A stretch of 64,000 nucleotides of DNA from Malacoraja senta. Taxonomy: Eukaryota. Position numbers and translations under genes: made by a program. The DNA lies in contig JAXLNO010005984.1 of NCBI GenBank assembly GCA_038087875.1, positions 1-64,000 on the forward strand. Direction: 5' to 3'. Below are positions 62,444-64,000 of this stretch, in pieces. The number at the start of each line of letters is the position of its first letter. The first letter of the stretch is position 1. The notes under the pieces were generated by a model. That model did no database searches. It had not been told where the DNA came from and was given only the letters and a program-made list of their open reading frames with translations.

Positions 62444-63439
62444 TCAATCTCCAGTTGATGCAGCCTTAGTCGCGATTTCTTGAGCGTATTTGAGAGATTC
62501 ATCCGAATTAGTGAATGTTTTTGACACTCCCTCAAAGGTGATACGCATTCTAGCCGGATAAAACACTCCACACAAAACTCCCTTAACACCATAAAGAACT
62601 TCTCTGGTCTGTGAGAACTTTCTTCTCTTTTGCTCAATCTCATAAGGGTAGTCCCGTAGGAGTTTAATAGTATCACCTCTGTACATCATCTTCTCTCCGT
62701 GGTTGATTTTTTTCATCAGCGCTTCCATTGTTGAGATATCCCGAAGTTTAATTATGATCTGTCGTGGGTAGGCACGTTCTCCTTGAGATCTTGATTTAAA
62801 TCTGGGGAGTCGATGTGCTACTTCAATTACAGGTACTTCTGGTAGCTTCAGTACGTGTTTAATTAGGTTGGCAGCGAACTCACAAACATTGTCCCCCTCA
62901 GCTCCCTCTTTTACACCACGTATTCTTATATTTTGGCATCTTGAGCGAGCTTCTAGGTCAACACATTTATTCGAAACCTTTGTGACTTGGTTCTTGAGAC
63001 TATCTATTTCTGACTTCATAGTCTGCATCTCTCCAGCCATCACTTCCACAACAGCTTCCAAATCATTCACTGCAGATGCATTTGCAGCCACAGTTTCGTA
63101 CACAGCCTCAAACATCTTTGTGGTCTCTTCTGCCACCTTTTCAATTTTTATCGATAATCCTTTTTCCACACCTTCAATTCTTTTTTGGAGAGCCTCAATA
63201 CCCTCAAGTATTTTATCATTACCGGCCATCAATTTACTGTTCCCAGCTTCCATATCATTTTTGATATCTCTTACCGAGTTTCTTAAGTCCTCCATTTCGG
63301 TTTTCTCTTTTGCAGATCGAGTAGCCATTCCAGAGACCTCTCCAGAGGTCAGTTCTGAAGTTTCTTGCTGTTCCAGAGTCTTCAGCAGATGTTTTGAGAT
63401 TTTCCTCTGTGGGCTCTGACCTGGAGATGTACTTTTCAT
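62444..63439 (-). CDS. L1 ORF1p, 331 aa, intact
   Basis: LEARSRCQNIRIRGVKEG, EVAHRLP, PRQIIIK, LLRDYP, FYPARMRI. Confidence 0.93.
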   Translation of the reverse strand: MKSTSPGQSPQRKISKHLLKTLEQQETSELTSGEVSGMATRSAKEKTEMEDLRNSVRDIKNDMEAGNSKLMAGNDKILEGIEALQKRIEGVEKGLSIKIEKVAEETTKMFEAVYETVAANASAVNDLEAVVEVMAGEMQTMKSEIDSLKNQVTKVSNKCVDLEARSRCQNIRIRGVKEGAEGDNVCEFAANLIKHVLKLPEVPVIEVAHRLPRFKSRSQGERAYPRQIIIKLRDISTMEALMKKINHGEKMMYRGDTIKLLRDYPYEIEQKRRKFSQTREVLYGVKGVLCGVFYPARMRITFEGVSKTFTNSDESLKYAQEIATKAASTGD

Positions 63440-63477
63440 TTAAAATGACTTTCCCTCCGTTAAAATCGCGGCGCTTA

Positions 63478-63493
63478 CTGATGACGTCATCAG
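63478..63493. promoter_or_regulatory. 16-bp palindrome CTGATGACGTCATCAG (CRE core TGACGTCA) in the L1 5' UTR; 14-bp version at 54343-54356 in the host L1
   Basis: Directly visible in both L1 5' UTRs about 40 nt upstream of the ORF1 ATG. Confidence 0.7.
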
Positions 63494-63630
63494 CACCGCG
63501 ACATGAAGCTCCGGTAAGTTTTTAAAAACGGTCCCGACCTCCAGACCCGATTTTAACGCGAAAAATCGCGATTTTTTCAGCGGAGCTAAAAAGTTTGCGA
63601 CTGCTAGCAGAGCATGTCGCAACCGGAAGT

Positions 63631-64000
63631 CATACTCACGTATAGACTACTTTCTGCTGGATACAAAATTAATCCCCCAAACATCTAATGCAATATACCA
63701 TACAAATTCAATTTCAGACCATTCTCCACTAACCTTCTTTTTAAAACTGGAAGGATTGTCTAAGAATAAATCGTTCTGGAGATTTAATTCTCAAATTTTA
63801 GAAGATCCACAAGCGAGTATATATTTAAAAGAACAAATGGAGGTCTTTTTTCAAACAAATGATACTTCAGATATATCGCCTACTTTATTTTGGGAATCTT
63901 TTAAAGCATACATTAGGGGTATTATAATTTCATATCAATCTTTTCAAAATAAAAAGAATAAGAATGAACAAAGACAGTTAGAAGAACTTATTAGACAAAT
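63631..64000 (+). mobile_element. continuation of host L1 ORF2 after the insertion
   Basis: Begins with the TSD copy; ISDHSPL, FWRFNSQIL, FWESFKAYIRG. Confidence 0.95.

Larger units (their letters stand above)
57017..63630 (-). mobile_element. full-length intact L1 LINE (about 6.6 kb), potentially active
   Basis: 5' end ACTTCCGG, two intact ORFs, poly(A) tail at about 57017-57056, identical 40-bp TSD at 56977-57016 and 63631-63670. Confidence 0.97.

Overview
Eukaryotic, repeat-dense DNA from a cartilaginous fish, most likely a skate or ray (inferred from V-SINE/HE1-like SINEs, CR1, Rex1 and L1 LINEs, Penelope-derived repeats and fish-type ERVs). The main host gene, only partly visible in the ORF track, is the 3' half of a non-classical MHC class I-like gene on the minus strand. 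It consists of an Ig-C1 alpha3-type exon (26239-26505), a transmembrane exon (22348-22455) and a terminal exon (12004-11964, AATAAA about 50 nt after the stop). These splice in phase to ...IVWWRKKRRDYQNIQPKQNVHC*. The alpha3 domain has CD1-like signatures and the tail carries YQNI, the same endosomal sorting motif as human CD1b. I found no leader, alpha1 or alpha2 exon in the 37.5 kb upstream. At the left edge are a CpG-island 5' exon of another minus-strand gene and a 30-bp minisatellite. The rest is transposable elements: a deleted tRNA-Pro-primed provirus with both LTRs (27358-33490), two further ERV remnants with a 3' LTR, a decayed near-full-length L1 (13.3-19 kb), and an intact full-length L1 (57017-63630) inserted antisense into a related L1 with an identical 40-bp TSD. 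The two related L1s share a covarying double hairpin upstream of ORF2 and a CRE palindrome in the 5' UTR. All calls are by eye, without database searches.
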